This document shows, piece after piece, positions 55,253 through 64,000 of a stretch of DNA of 64,000 nt (positions are counted from its first letter, which is position 1; each line of letters opens with the position of its first letter). A model generated the notes under the pieces. That model did not search any database and was not told the DNA's origin. It saw only the letters and a program-made list of their open reading frames with translations. Source of the DNA: Verrucomicrobiales bacterium (GTDB taxonomy: Bacteria > Verrucomicrobiota > Verrucomicrobiia > Verrucomicrobiales > V1-33); NCBI GenBank assembly GCA_965229245.1, contig CBDDIW010000003.1:849834-913833 (forward strand), in the 5' to 3' direction. The position numbers were made by a program, and so were the translations under genes.

Positions 55253-55416
55253 GCCTGGAACCGGTAGCGGTGACCCGCGTCGTCTTCAATGTTTTCCCGG
55301 GGGAGGATGGCGTCGGCCAGTCCGGGGGTGGTCCCCGCTGAATGGCCCCCGAAATGCTTGACGGTGGCTGACAAAAAGGCAGGATGGCGGGCGTTCCCAT
55401 CTTATAACAAATCATC

Positions 55417-56352
55417 ATGCCGGCCCTGGATCTCGAGTCTGTGACCAAGACCTACCCCAACGGCGTGGTGGCTCTGGACGGGCTCTCCATGCGGGTGGCC
55501 CGGGGTACTATCTTCGGGTTGCTGGGGCCGAACGGGGCGGGGAAGAGCACGCTGCTGAAAGTGCTGATGACCCTGGTCCGGCCGGACGAGAGCAAGGGCA
55601 CCATGCTGGGCGAGCCCCTGGGGAATCACAAAGCCCTGCGGCGCACGGGCTATCTTCCGGAAAACCCCTCCTGGCCGCGGCATCTTTCCGGAGAGGGTAT
55701 CCTGGACTTCGCGGCCCGGCTCTCCTCCGTGCCCGGGCGGCAGCGGCGGAAGCGGGTGGAGGAAATCCTGGAACTCACCGGTCTCCACGCCTGGCGGCGG
55801 GACCGGCCTGCGGTTTACAGCAAGGGCATGCGCCAGCGCCTGGGGCTGGGCTACGCTCTCATGGGCGATCCGGACCTCATCTTTCTGGACGAGCCCACGG
55901 ACGGCGTGGACCCCATCGGGCGGAAGGAAATGCGGGCCATCATCCGCCAGTTACGGGAAAGCCGGAAGACGGTCTTCATCAACAGCCACGTCCTGGGCGA
56001 ACTGGAAACCCTGTGCGACAGCGTGGCCATCCTCAGCCGGGGCCGCGTGGTGCGACAGGGGACCATGGATGAACTCACCGCCGAAAGCCACCGCTACGAA
56101 ATGTGCATCCAGGGTAATGTGATGCACGATGCCGTGCTGGAGGACCTGGTGGTGCAACTGGGGGGAACGCTCTGCCTGGACGGAGGAAATACCTCCGTGA
56201 ACATCCCCACCCGGCGCCCGCATTTGATCCAGCCGGTCATCGATGCCACGCGGCAGCGGGGGTATCTCATCATCAGCGTGGCCCCGGCGCGGCAGTCGCT
56301 GGAGGAATTGTTTCTGGAGGCGATACAGATGCCGGGAGGACTGGCGGAGTGA
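55417..56352 (+). CDS. ABC transporter ATP-binding protein
   Basis: Walker A GPNGAGKST, signature YSKGMRQRL, and Walker B LIFLDEPTDGVD. Confidence 0.93.
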   Translation: MPALDLESVTKTYPNGVVALDGLSMRVARGTIFGLLGPNGAGKSTLLKVLMTLVRPDESKGTMLGEPLGNHKALRRTGYLPENPSWPRHLSGEGILDFAARLSSVPGRQRRKRVEEILELTGLHAWRRDRPAVYSKGMRQRLGLGYALMGDPDLIFLDEPTDGVDPIGRKEMRAIIRQLRESRKTVFINSHVLGELETLCDSVAILSRGRVVRQGTMDELTAESHRYEMCIQGNVMHDAVLEDLVVQLGGTLCLDGGNTSVNIPTRRPHLIQPVIDATRQRGYLIISVAPARQSLEELFLEAIQMPGGLAE

Positions 56353-57359
56353 GGACCTTTCTGGCCATCGTGCGGGATACGCTGCTGTCCCTGCGCCGCC
56401 GCCGGCTTTTCTGGCTGCACCTGTGGGTGAGCATCGCCGTGGTGGTCCTCTACGGGGGCATCGCCTGCACGGACAAGGGGTGGTCGCTCGGCTACGGGCT
56501 GAAGGTGATGGACACTCCCCTGTTGAAGCAGGGCACGCCGTGGGAGACCACACTCTACTGCTGGACCATGGCGCGCGTGATGCGCTGGTGGGTGGCGGGG
56601 GGCTCACTGTTTCTGGTGCTCTTTGGCACCGCGGCCATCCTGCCGGAGACGCTCACGCCAGGCAGCGCCGCGTTGCTGGTACCGCGCGTGCCGGGTCGCG
56701 GCCTGCTGCTGGCGGGACGGTTCTTCGGTTCCCTCATTTATGCCCTGATCCACACGGTGGTGGTGGTGGGAGGACTGTGGCTGGCGCTGGGGCTGCGGCT
56801 GGGTGTGTGGCACGACGGACTGTGGCTGGCGGTGCCCCTGGTGGCGCTGCTTTTTGCCCCGCTCCAGGCCGTGGCCATGCTGACGGGCGCCCTCACGCGC
56901 TCCGGCACCGCCGCTCTGCTGGTGGCCATTCTCTTCGCGGGATCCGTCTGGGCGCTTCAGGAAGCGGCCTCCGCTCCGGACACGGAATCCGCGGGGGCCG
57001 TGGAGGACCGGGACACCGACAATGGCAGCGGTCTGGGGGAAGGCATGGCGGCTGGCGTGGTGCAAACGGTTTCCGCCGTGCTGCCGCCCTCGCGGGATTC
57101 CCTGGTCTGGCTGGAGCGCCGGGCCTGTCCGTTACCGCCGAAGCCGTATCGCGAACTCTTCCGCCGCCTGCGCTATGGGCACCGGGGGAGTATCGGGGCC
57201 GCCGCCGCGGATGTTATTTACGCCGCTTCAAACACGGGATCGAGTAGAAAAGAGCGGGAGGAGTCAGTGCGTTTCCACTTACTCCTGCTCTCCTCCGCGG
57301 GCTTCACCCTGGTCGTCACGGTGCTGGCCGCGTGGATGCTGAAGCGGCGGGATCTTTAA
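56349..57359 (+). CDS. ABC-2-type permease-like membrane protein
   Basis: 4-nt overlap with the ATPase gene. Multi-TM. Confidence 0.6.
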   Translation: MRTFLAIVRDTLLSLRRRRLFWLHLWVSIAVVVLYGGIACTDKGWSLGYGLKVMDTPLLKQGTPWETTLYCWTMARVMRWWVAGGSLFLVLFGTAAILPETLTPGSAALLVPRVPGRGLLLAGRFFGSLIYALIHTVVVVGGLWLALGLRLGVWHDGLWLAVPLVALLFAPLQAVAMLTGALTRSGTAALLVAILFAGSVWALQEAASAPDTESAGAVEDRDTDNGSGLGEGMAAGVVQTVSAVLPPSRDSLVWLERRACPLPPKPYRELFRRLRYGHRGSIGAAAADVIYAASNTGSSRKEREESVRFHLLLLSSAGFTLVVTVLAAWMLKRRDL

Positions 57360-57401
57360 ACCGGACAACCCCTTTTTTATTCCATCAATCACCCCCCGAC
57401 C

Positions 57402-58088
57402 ATGAAAACACGCCTGCTTTCCGCCGCCCTCCTTGCGACCATCTCCTTCGCTTTTGCCGGCGAGCCCTCCGAGCCCTTCAACGGCAAGGACCTGACGAAC
57501 TGGGAAGTGCGCGGCCAGGCCGCCGCGAAGTGGACCGTGGGCGAGCCCTCCTTGAGCAAGGCGAATCCCGCCACACTGGAGGTGAAGCCTGGCGGCAACG
57601 CGCTGGTGAACGTGGTCAGCGGCCACGGCCAGAGCCACGACATCGTTTCCAAAGAGGTCTATGGCGACATCCGCCTGGAGGTGGAGGTCATGGTGCCCAA
57701 GGGCTCGAACAGCGGCATCTATCTCATGGGCGAATACGAGGTGCAGGTCTTTGACAGCTACGGCGTGGAAAAGATGCGGGACATGGACATGGGAGCCCTC
57801 TACTCCGCGGCTCCGCCCAAGGTGAACGCCAGTAAGGCTCCTGGCGAGTGGCAGAAATACGTGATCGAATTCCGCGCCCCGAAATTCGATGACAAAGGGA
57901 AGAAGACCGCCAATGCCACCTTTGTGAAAGTGGAGCTCAACGGCACCGTGCTTCATCAGAATGTGGAGATGAAAGGCCCCACCGGCGGCGCGCTGAAGCC
58001 CGCCGAATCCGCCACCGGCCCCCTCATGTTCCAGGGGGATCACGGCGCGGTGGCCTACCGGAATATCAAAATCACTCCGCTGAAATGA
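57402..58088 (+). CDS. DUF1080 (3-keto-disaccharide hydrolase-like) domain protein
   Basis: Signal peptide, FNGKDLTNWEV, SGIYLMGEYEVQVFDS, and FQGDHGAVAYRNIKI. Confidence 0.8.
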   Translation: MKTRLLSAALLATISFAFAGEPSEPFNGKDLTNWEVRGQAAAKWTVGEPSLSKANPATLEVKPGGNALVNVVSGHGQSHDIVSKEVYGDIRLEVEVMVPKGSNSGIYLMGEYEVQVFDSYGVEKMRDMDMGALYSAAPPKVNASKAPGEWQKYVIEFRAPKFDDKGKKTANATFVKVELNGTVLHQNVEMKGPTGGALKPAESATGPLMFQGDHGAVAYRNIKITPLK

Positions 58089-61000
58089 ACGCCGGGGCGG
58101 CCCGTTCCCGCCGCCACCCGGCCCGCGCTTTTCAGAAAGACGGCCCCCGGTTTCCGGCGTATTGGCGGGGGATGCGCCCCCGGCCCCTGCTGTTCGCTCT
58201 TTCACTTTACCTTCCGCGCCTGACGGCGGTGGCGGGGGAGCCGCCCGTGGTCTTCAACCGGGACATCCTGCCCATCCTTTCCGAAAACTGCTACTACTGC
58301 CACGGGCAGGACGCGAAGCAGCGGAAGGCGGACCTGCGCCTGGACAAGGCGGAGGAAGCCCTGCGGGTGAAGGACGGCGTGGCGACCATCAAGCCGGGAG
58401 ATCCCGCCGCCAGCGACCTCTACCGCCGCCTCATCACGCATGAGGCGGACGACCAGATGCCGCCGCCGAAGTCCAACCGCGTGGTCACCCCGCAACAGGT
58501 GGCCCTCATCAAGCGGTGGATCGAGGAAGGCGCGCCCTGGGGAAAGCACTGGGCCTTTGAGCCGCTGGCACGACCCGAACCGCCGGTGCCGGGGAATCCC
58601 ATCGATGCCTTTGTGGGAGCCGTCCTGGCAAAGGAGGAACTGACCTTTTCCCCGGAGGCCCCCAAAGCCGCCCTGCTGCGCCGCGTGTCCCTGGATCTCA
58701 CGGGCCTGCCGCCCTCCCCGCAGGAACTGGCGGAATATCTCGCGGACCCCGCGCCGGACGCCTATGAAAAGGCGGTGGACCGGCTCCTCGCCTCGGAGAC
58801 CTATGGCGAGCGCATGGCCTGGGACTGGCTGGATGCCGCGCGCTACGCGGATTCCAATGGCTACCAGGGCGACAGCGAGCGCACCATGTGGCCGTGGCGG
58901 GACTGGGTGGTCTCCGCCTTCAACCGGAACCTCCCTTTCGACGAATTCACCGTCTGGCAAGTGGCGGGCGATCTCCTGCCAAACGCCACCCTGGAGCAGA
59001 AACTGGCCACCGGATTCAACCGGAATCACCCAATCAACGGAGAGGGCGGACGCATCCCGGAGGAGAACCGCGTGGACTACGTCATGGACATGGCGGAGAC
59101 CACCGGCACAGTCTGGCTGGGGCTCACCATGAACTGCTGCCGGTGTCATGACCACAAGTATGACCCGCTCACCCAGCGGGACTACTACAGCCTCTACGCT
59201 TTCTTCAATCAGACGCCCGTGGACGGCAGCGGGGGGGATCCCCGGACGCCCCCGGTGGTGACCTTCACCCCGCCCACGCAGGAGGCCCGGCTGCAAACGC
59301 TGGCCGCGGAGAGCGCGCGCTGGAAGGAGACCGCCGCCGCGCGGGAAAAGGAACTGGCCCCGGGTCGCGAAGCCTGGGAGCAGAAGAGCCTGGCCGTCCT
59401 GGCTCCATCGGCTTGGGAAACCCTGAAGCCGGAGACCCTCCGCGCAGAGCATCAGGCGCTCTCCGCCGGGCCGGACAACCGGGTGCTCGCCTCAGGACCG
59501 AATCCCCGGAACGATACCTACACACTCACCTTCCAGACGGACCAGCCGCGACTCACCGCGCTGCGGCTGGAGGCTTTCCGGCATCCGTCCATGACGCACG
59601 GGGCGCTGGCCCGTTCGGACAGCGGGAATTTTGTGCTCACGGAGATCGAGGTTTCCCTGCAGCGTCCCGGCGAGGCGCAGGCCCGGCGGTTGAAGATCGG
59701 CTCCGCGGAGGCCACCTATGAACAGGGCGGACTGCCGGTGACGGCGGCGTTCGATGGCAATCCGAAATCCGGATGGGCGATCTACGAGGGCCGCCCCGTG
59801 GACCGGGAGCACCAGGCGGTTTTCCGCTTTGACCAGCCGGTGCCCGCCGGGCCGGGATCGCGCCTCACGGTGGTGCTGCGGCACGATTCCGTGAATGCGA
59901 GCCACAACCTGGGGCACTTCCGTCTCTCCGCGGGATCGGGCGACCGGCCCGGCCTGAAAGATGGCGGGGACGATCTCTCCGTGGCGCTGCGCACGCCGGA
60001 GGCCACCCGCACGGATGCCCAGCGGAAGGTGGTGACCGCCGCCTTTTACGCCGCGGATCCCGCGTGGCGGGAAGCCTCGGACCGCGGGGCAAAGCTGGCA
60101 AAAGAGACCACCGCCCTCCAGGAATCCACGCCAAAGGTCATGGTGATGGCGGACATGGACAAGCCCCGGAAGACCCGGGTGCTGGACCACGGCCTGTATG
60201 ACAAGCCCGGCGATGAAGTGACCGCCGCCGTGCCCGCCACCCTGCCGGCGTTGCCCCCCGGAGTGCCGGCCAACCGCCTGGCGCTGGCCCGCTGGCTGGT
60301 CGCGCCGGAGCAACCGCTCACCGCGCGGGTGACGGTGAACCGCTTCTGGCAGCAGGTCTTCGGCACCGGGCTGGTAAAGACTTCGGAGGATTTCGGCGTG
60401 CAGAGCGAGATTCCGAAGCACCTCGATCTCCTGAACTGGCTGGCTGCGGAATTCCGGGACAGCCACTGGAACGTGAAGGCCCTCATGCGGCTCATCGTCA
60501 CCAGCCGTGCCTACCGGCAGTCCTCCAAAGTTTCACCCGCAATGGTGGCCCGCGATCCCGCGAACCGCCTCCTGGCGCGCGGCCCGCGCTACCGCATGCC
60601 CTCATGGATGCTGCGGGACAATGCGCTCGCGGTTTCCGGCCTGCTGACGCGGAAAACCGGGGGACCGCCCGTGAATTCCTATCAACCCGCGGGCGTATGG
60701 GAGGAGGCCACCTTTGGCGCGAAAAAATACACCCAGGACAAGGGCGAGGCGCTTTACCGCCGGAGCATTTACACCTTCTGGCGGCGCATCGTGGGGCCTA
60801 CCTTATTCTTCGATAACGCGGCGCGCCAGGTCTGCACGGTGAAGCCGCTGCGCACGAATACGCCGCTCCACGCGCTCACCACGCTGAACGATGTCACCTT
60901 CGTGGAAGCCGCCCGGGTGCTCGCGGAGCACGTGCTGAAAACCGGCGGGGACACGGATGAACGCCGCCTCGCCCGCCTCTTCCAGGCCGTGCTGGCCCGC

Positions 61001-61207
61001 GATCCCTCCCCCCAGGAACGGGAGGTGCTCCAGGCCGCCCTCGCCCGCACGCTGTCCGCCTTCCAGGCTGCTCCCTCCGAGGCCCTTCGTTTCCTCGAAA
61101 ACGGCGACTCCAAACGCGATGCCTCGCTGGATCCCGCCCTCCACGCCGCGTGGGCCGCTTTGAGTCTCAGCGTGATGAATCTGGATGAAGCCGTGACGAA
61201 GGAGTAA
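58085..61207 (+). CDS. PSD1 / planctomycete cytochrome c domain protein (PSCyt1-DUF1549-DUF1553)
   Basis: ILSENCYYCHGQDAKQRKADLRLD, RWIEEGAPW, MNCCRCHDHKYDPLTQRDYYSLYAFFN, and a C-terminal DUF1553-like region. An alternative start at 58172 (MRPRPLLFAL) would give a signal peptide. Confidence 0.9.
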   Translation: MNAGAARSRRHPARAFQKDGPRFPAYWRGMRPRPLLFALSLYLPRLTAVAGEPPVVFNRDILPILSENCYYCHGQDAKQRKADLRLDKAEEALRVKDGVATIKPGDPAASDLYRRLITHEADDQMPPPKSNRVVTPQQVALIKRWIEEGAPWGKHWAFEPLARPEPPVPGNPIDAFVGAVLAKEELTFSPEAPKAALLRRVSLDLTGLPPSPQELAEYLADPAPDAYEKAVDRLLASETYGERMAWDWLDAARYADSNGYQGDSERTMWPWRDWVVSAFNRNLPFDEFTVWQVAGDLLPNATLEQKLATGFNRNHPINGEGGRIPEENRVDYVMDMAETTGTVWLGLTMNCCRCHDHKYDPLTQRDYYSLYAFFNQTPVDGSGGDPRTPPVVTFTPPTQEARLQTLAAESARWKETAAAREKELAPGREAWEQKSLAVLAPSAWETLKPETLRAEHQALSAGPDNRVLASGPNPRNDTYTLTFQTDQPRLTALRLEAFRHPSMTHGALARSDSGNFVLTEIEVSLQRPGEAQARRLKIGSAEATYEQGGLPVTAAFDGNPKSGWAIYEGRPVDREHQAVFRFDQPVPAGPGSRLTVVLRHDSVNASHNLGHFRLSAGSGDRPGLKDGGDDLSVALRTPEATRTDAQRKVVTAAFYAADPAWREASDRGAKLAKETTALQESTPKVMVMADMDKPRKTRVLDHGLYDKPGDEVTAAVPATLPALPPGVPANRLALARWLVAPEQPLTARVTVNRFWQQVFGTGLVKTSEDFGVQSEIPKHLDLLNWLAAEFRDSHWNVKALMRLIVTSRAYRQSSKVSPAMVARDPANRLLARGPRYRMPSWMLRDNALAVSGLLTRKTGGPPVNSYQPAGVWEEATFGAKKYTQDKGEALYRRSIYTFWRRIVGPTLFFDNAARQVCTVKPLRTNTPLHALTTLNDVTFVEAARVLAEHVLKTGGDTDERRLARLFQAVLARDPSPQEREVLQAALARTLSAFQAAPSEALRFLENGDSKRDASLDPALHAAWAALSLSVMNLDEAVTKE

Positions 61208-61465
61208 TCCATGGTCTTGTTGAAAACGGGTCTTTTCAAATCCTGACAACGCCAGGGCTCCTCGAATGTAACGGGGAATAAGGCACCTCTACCCGGGCCA
61301 CGGGTGGTGACAGGCAGGGAACGAACGCACCGCACCATAACCTGTGGATGCCGCCCGGGGCTTGCCTCCGGAACCTCCTCCGCCTCCTGGCACCGCCTCT
61401 CCTGGCGCGGTGCTCCGGGGAAATCCTCCGTTGCATCCCCCGCCTTCCTGGTCCGTGCTTCCGGC

Positions 61466-62467
61466 ATGGATGTCTATGTCATGAAGGATGGTAAACGGCT
61501 GGGGCCTTTCCCGCCGTTTCTGCTCAAGGAAATGCTGGAGGACGGGCGGATCCTGCCAGGGGACGCGGTATGGCACGAGGGCATGGATAACTGGCAACCG
61601 CTGGAGAAGGCGGAATCCCTGCGCGTGGTATTTCCCTCTCCCTCCCGGGGGGAGGAGGAAGGGGAGGAAGAGGAGGCGTCCCCCGCCGGTGTCCCGCCCG
61701 CGCGGAGACCCCCGCCTGTTCCGGGCTCTGTCCGGGCGGGCTCCAGAGCGGACGCCATGACCATGGAGATCACCCTGGCCCTCCTGCGGCAGCGGCGCGG
61801 ACAGGCGTGGCGACGGTTCTTTGCCCGGCAGATCGATGGTTTTCTCGCCGTGATGGTGGTGACCCTCACCGCCGCCGCTTTTGGCTGGACGGATTTCTGG
61901 GCTCTGCTGGTCCCGCCGGCGGGCTGGGTGCATCTGCTGGCTCCGGCCCTGATCTGGATCATTCTTGAGGCGCTCATGCTGTCCACGCTGGGCTGGACGC
62001 CCGGCAAGCTCGTGCTGGGGCTCCGGGTGCTGGACCGCGAAGGCCGGAAGCCCACGCTGCCCGCGGCCCTGAAGCGTTCCGTGCTGGTGTGGGCGGGAGG
62101 TCTGGCGTTTGGCCTCGGAATGGTCATTCCCCCTCTTACCATGGCGCAGTGGCTTTTTGGTCTCTGGCATGTGCAGCGCACCGGAGGCACGTTGTGGGAC
62201 CGCTCCGCAGGCACGCTTATCGGTGTTTCGGACCTCCGCCGGGAAAACGCCGCGGGGGTGGCGCTCATCACCGCGGTGGCAGTCAATCTGGCCACCTGGG
62301 TGTTCCTCTGCGTGCCCGTGCCGGACCGCATCACCGGGGAGGACCGGAAGGCGTGTGAGAGCATGCGGCGAGGCGTCTGGAAGCTGCTGGACCTGCGGTT
62401 TTCCGCCCCGTCCCCCGTCCCGGCCCCGGCGGCGAAATCCGGTTTGCCAACGGCACCGGCTCCATAA
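61466..62467 (+). CDS. GYF_2 domain plus RDD-family membrane protein
   Basis: MDVYVMKDGKRLGPFPPFLLKEMLEDGRILPGDAVWHEGMDNWQPL is GYF_2-like. The RDD-type TM region begins at RRFFARQIDGFLA. Confidence 0.7.
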   Translation: MDVYVMKDGKRLGPFPPFLLKEMLEDGRILPGDAVWHEGMDNWQPLEKAESLRVVFPSPSRGEEEGEEEEASPAGVPPARRPPPVPGSVRAGSRADAMTMEITLALLRQRRGQAWRRFFARQIDGFLAVMVVTLTAAAFGWTDFWALLVPPAGWVHLLAPALIWIILEALMLSTLGWTPGKLVLGLRVLDREGRKPTLPAALKRSVLVWAGGLAFGLGMVIPPLTMAQWLFGLWHVQRTGGTLWDRSAGTLIGVSDLRRENAAGVALITAVAVNLATWVFLCVPVPDRITGEDRKACESMRRGVWKLLDLRFSAPSPVPAPAAKSGLPTAPAP

Positions 62468-62476
62468 TGATGAACC

Positions 62477-63223
62477 ATGTTTCAACTCACAGATAAAGTC
62501 GCAGTCGTGACCGGCGCGGGCCGGGGAATCGGTCAGGCCATTGCCCTCGCTTACGCGAAAGCCGGGGCAAAAGTGGCCGTGGTGAGCCGCACGGAGGCGA
62601 ACTCCGCGGCCACTGCGGAACTCATCAACGCGGAATATCCGGGGGCGGCCCGTCCCTATGCCGTGGATGTGGCGGATGGCGCGGGCGTGGCGGAGACGGG
62701 GAAACAAATCGTGGCGGACTTCGGCAAGGTGGAAATTCTCGTCAATAACGCGGGTGTCACGCGGGATGGCCTGCTCCTCCGCATGAGCGACGCGGACTGG
62801 GACACGGTGATCGATACCAATCTCAAAGGGGCCTTCAATACGGTGAAGGCTTTCCAGCGCAGCCTGCTGCGGCAGAAGCACGCCCGCATCATCAACCTCG
62901 CCAGCGTCATCGGGATCATGGGGAATGCCGGGCAGGCGAACTACGCCGCCAGTAAGGCCGGTCTCATCGGTTTCACCAAAAGCCTGGCCCGGGAATTCGC
63001 GGGCCGCGAGGTCACCGCGAACGTCATCGCTCCCGGCTTCATCTCCACGGACATGACGGGCGCGCTCACCGATGAGCAGAGAAAGTCCATCCAGGACCGC
63101 ATTCCGCTGGGTTCCCTGGGCACGGTGCAGGACATCGCCGCCGCGGCGCTCTTCCTCGCCAGCGAAGAGGCCCGCTACATTACCGGGCAGGTGCTGGTGG
63201 TGGATGGCGGTATGGTGATGTAA
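62477..63223 (+). CDS. fabG: 3-oxoacyl-[ACP] reductase
   Basis: VTGAGRGIGQAIA, NNAGVTRDGLLLRMS, YAASKAG, and a C-terminal ITGQVLVVDGGMVM. Confidence 0.93.
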   Translation: MFQLTDKVAVVTGAGRGIGQAIALAYAKAGAKVAVVSRTEANSAATAELINAEYPGAARPYAVDVADGAGVAETGKQIVADFGKVEILVNNAGVTRDGLLLRMSDADWDTVIDTNLKGAFNTVKAFQRSLLRQKHARIINLASVIGIMGNAGQANYAASKAGLIGFTKSLAREFAGREVTANVIAPGFISTDMTGALTDEQRKSIQDRIPLGSLGTVQDIAAAALFLASEEARYITGQVLVVDGGMVM

Positions 63224-63273
63224 AGTAGAGAAATCCCGGACCGGGATTCGAGAGTCCGCCGTGGAAAGTGTAT

Positions 63274-63315
63274 CCCCGCTCCCCGGGCTTGCGTGCCCGG
63301 GAGCGGGGACTTTTT
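63274..63315 (+). terminator. rho-independent terminator candidate after fabG
   Basis: Stem ccccgctccccggg / cccgggagcgggg (one bulge), an 8-nt loop, then acTTTTT. Confidence 0.45.
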
Positions 63316-63332
63316 ATGTGCGTATCACGTCC

Positions 63333-63752
63333 TCAGCCGGCGGCCGGCACCACGCGGAACCGCAGGTGCGGCACGCGCTTCCGGCGGGTGCTGCCCGCGA
63401 TGGCGGCGCGCAGGGGGCCCGGGGCCTCGCGGAGACGGGCTTCCATCCTCTCCATGGCGTCCTGGGTGAGCCCTGGAACGCTGACGAGGATGAGCAGCAC
63501 GCTGCCGCCGGGGAGCGGCTCCACGGAGTCGATCCGGCAGTCGGCCAGGGTGCTGTCGCCCGTGATGGCGGCCAGGTTTCCCTCCAGGCAGCGGTGGGCT
63601 GCCCTGGCGTATTGCAGGGAGTGCCGGTCCACCGGCGGACGTTGCTGATGTTGTTTCCGGAATTGCCGTTTGAGCACTTCCGGGTGGATGCCGTCTTCGG
63701 GACGGACTTCCGCGCACAGGTCTCTCAACCCGGCGTCTTTTCTGTGTTTCAT
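63333..63752 (-). CDS. hypothetical protein, weakly RbfA-like
   Basis: 139 aa. CRIDSVEPLPGGSVLLILVSV...LREAPGPLRAAI...RKRVPHLRFRVV loosely follows the RbfA layout. The resemblance is judged by eye only. Confidence 0.3.
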   Translation of the reverse strand: MKHRKDAGLRDLCAEVRPEDGIHPEVLKRQFRKQHQQRPPVDRHSLQYARAAHRCLEGNLAAITGDSTLADCRIDSVEPLPGGSVLLILVSVPGLTQDAMERMEARLREAPGPLRAAIAGSTRRKRVPHLRFRVVPAAG

Positions 63753-64000
63753 TTGATCCTGGGATGGCCGCAGCGGTCCTGCCGCGCGCGACCGGTTTGC
63801 TTGTCCGGAAAAGACAGGGATTTCTCCTGTCCCGTTTGGGAAGCGCGGCGGATCAGCCGCGTGAAGAAGACACCGGTGCTCTCAGCACCCGGCCCGCCCG
63901 CCGCGACCATTCACCGCGCTCTTCGCAAGGAGCGCCGGCTGGAATGAAACTGGAAGGACGGGGTTCATAATAACAAGGGGGTGAGCGAGACTGATCGTCC

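Noticed and set aside
55343-55357. TGGCCC-ccgaa-ATGC, a sigma-54-like spacing upstream of the ABC ATPase gene
   Set aside because: The -12 element is ATGC rather than TTGC and the -24 has a mismatch. The match is too weak to call without a scoring matrix.
34090-62881. Further long shadow ORFs (34090-36429 +, 46195-48147 -, 51172-52737 -, 53631-54743 -, 58202-59452 -, 59492-60466 -, 61289-62881 -)
   Set aside because: They are antisense to the two-component genes, helical-repeat genes, LamG genes, PSD1 and the GYF-RDD/fabG genes. Their translations are low-complexity, an expected artefact of about 60%+ GC.
1-64000. Scan for rRNA, tRNA, tmRNA, RNase P RNA, SRP RNA and CRISPR arrays
   Set aside because: I recognised no conserved RNA signatures and no regularly spaced direct repeats by eye. 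An Infernal/tRNAscan/CRISPR-finder run would be needed to exclude them formally.

Overview
High-GC bacterial chromosome segment; hand counts on sample lines give about 58-65% GC. The gene content points to the PVC superphylum, most likely Verrucomicrobiota: PSCyt/DUF1549/DUF1553 and DUF1592-type proteins, a PEP-CTERM protein, a long GreA-like factor, and fused SecDF. This taxonomic call is inference only. Most of the window is housekeeping or envelope genes: eboE-like, rpoN, moxR, tgt-yajC-secDF, truA, htpG, a PiT phosphate transporter with two DUF47 genes, an NtrC-type two-component pair, an ABC exporter, and fabG. Three things stand out. (1) An AT-rich block of about 5 kb (about 36.9-42.0 kb) holds a single 1,513-codon minus-strand ORF. 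It has an N-terminal NACHT-type STAND NTPase, about 1,100 aa with no motif I recognise, and a C-terminal PD-(D/E)xK nuclease-like motif. Upstream it abuts a 59-bp perfect palindrome built from 10-bp tandem repeats. This is my best candidate for a horizontally acquired, undescribed single-gene defence-like system. (2) An IS110-family element (23.8-25.1 kb) sits next to a field of long nested palindromic MITE/REP-like repeats (25.1-26.0 and 28.9-29.2 kb), with inverted repeat copies bracketing truA-htpG. (3) A perfect sigma-54 -24/-12 consensus lies directly upstream of rpoN itself. I recognised no rRNA, tRNA or CRISPR array. Many long ORFs in the six-frame track are antisense artefacts of high GC. 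All family calls come from motif recognition by eye; no searches were run.
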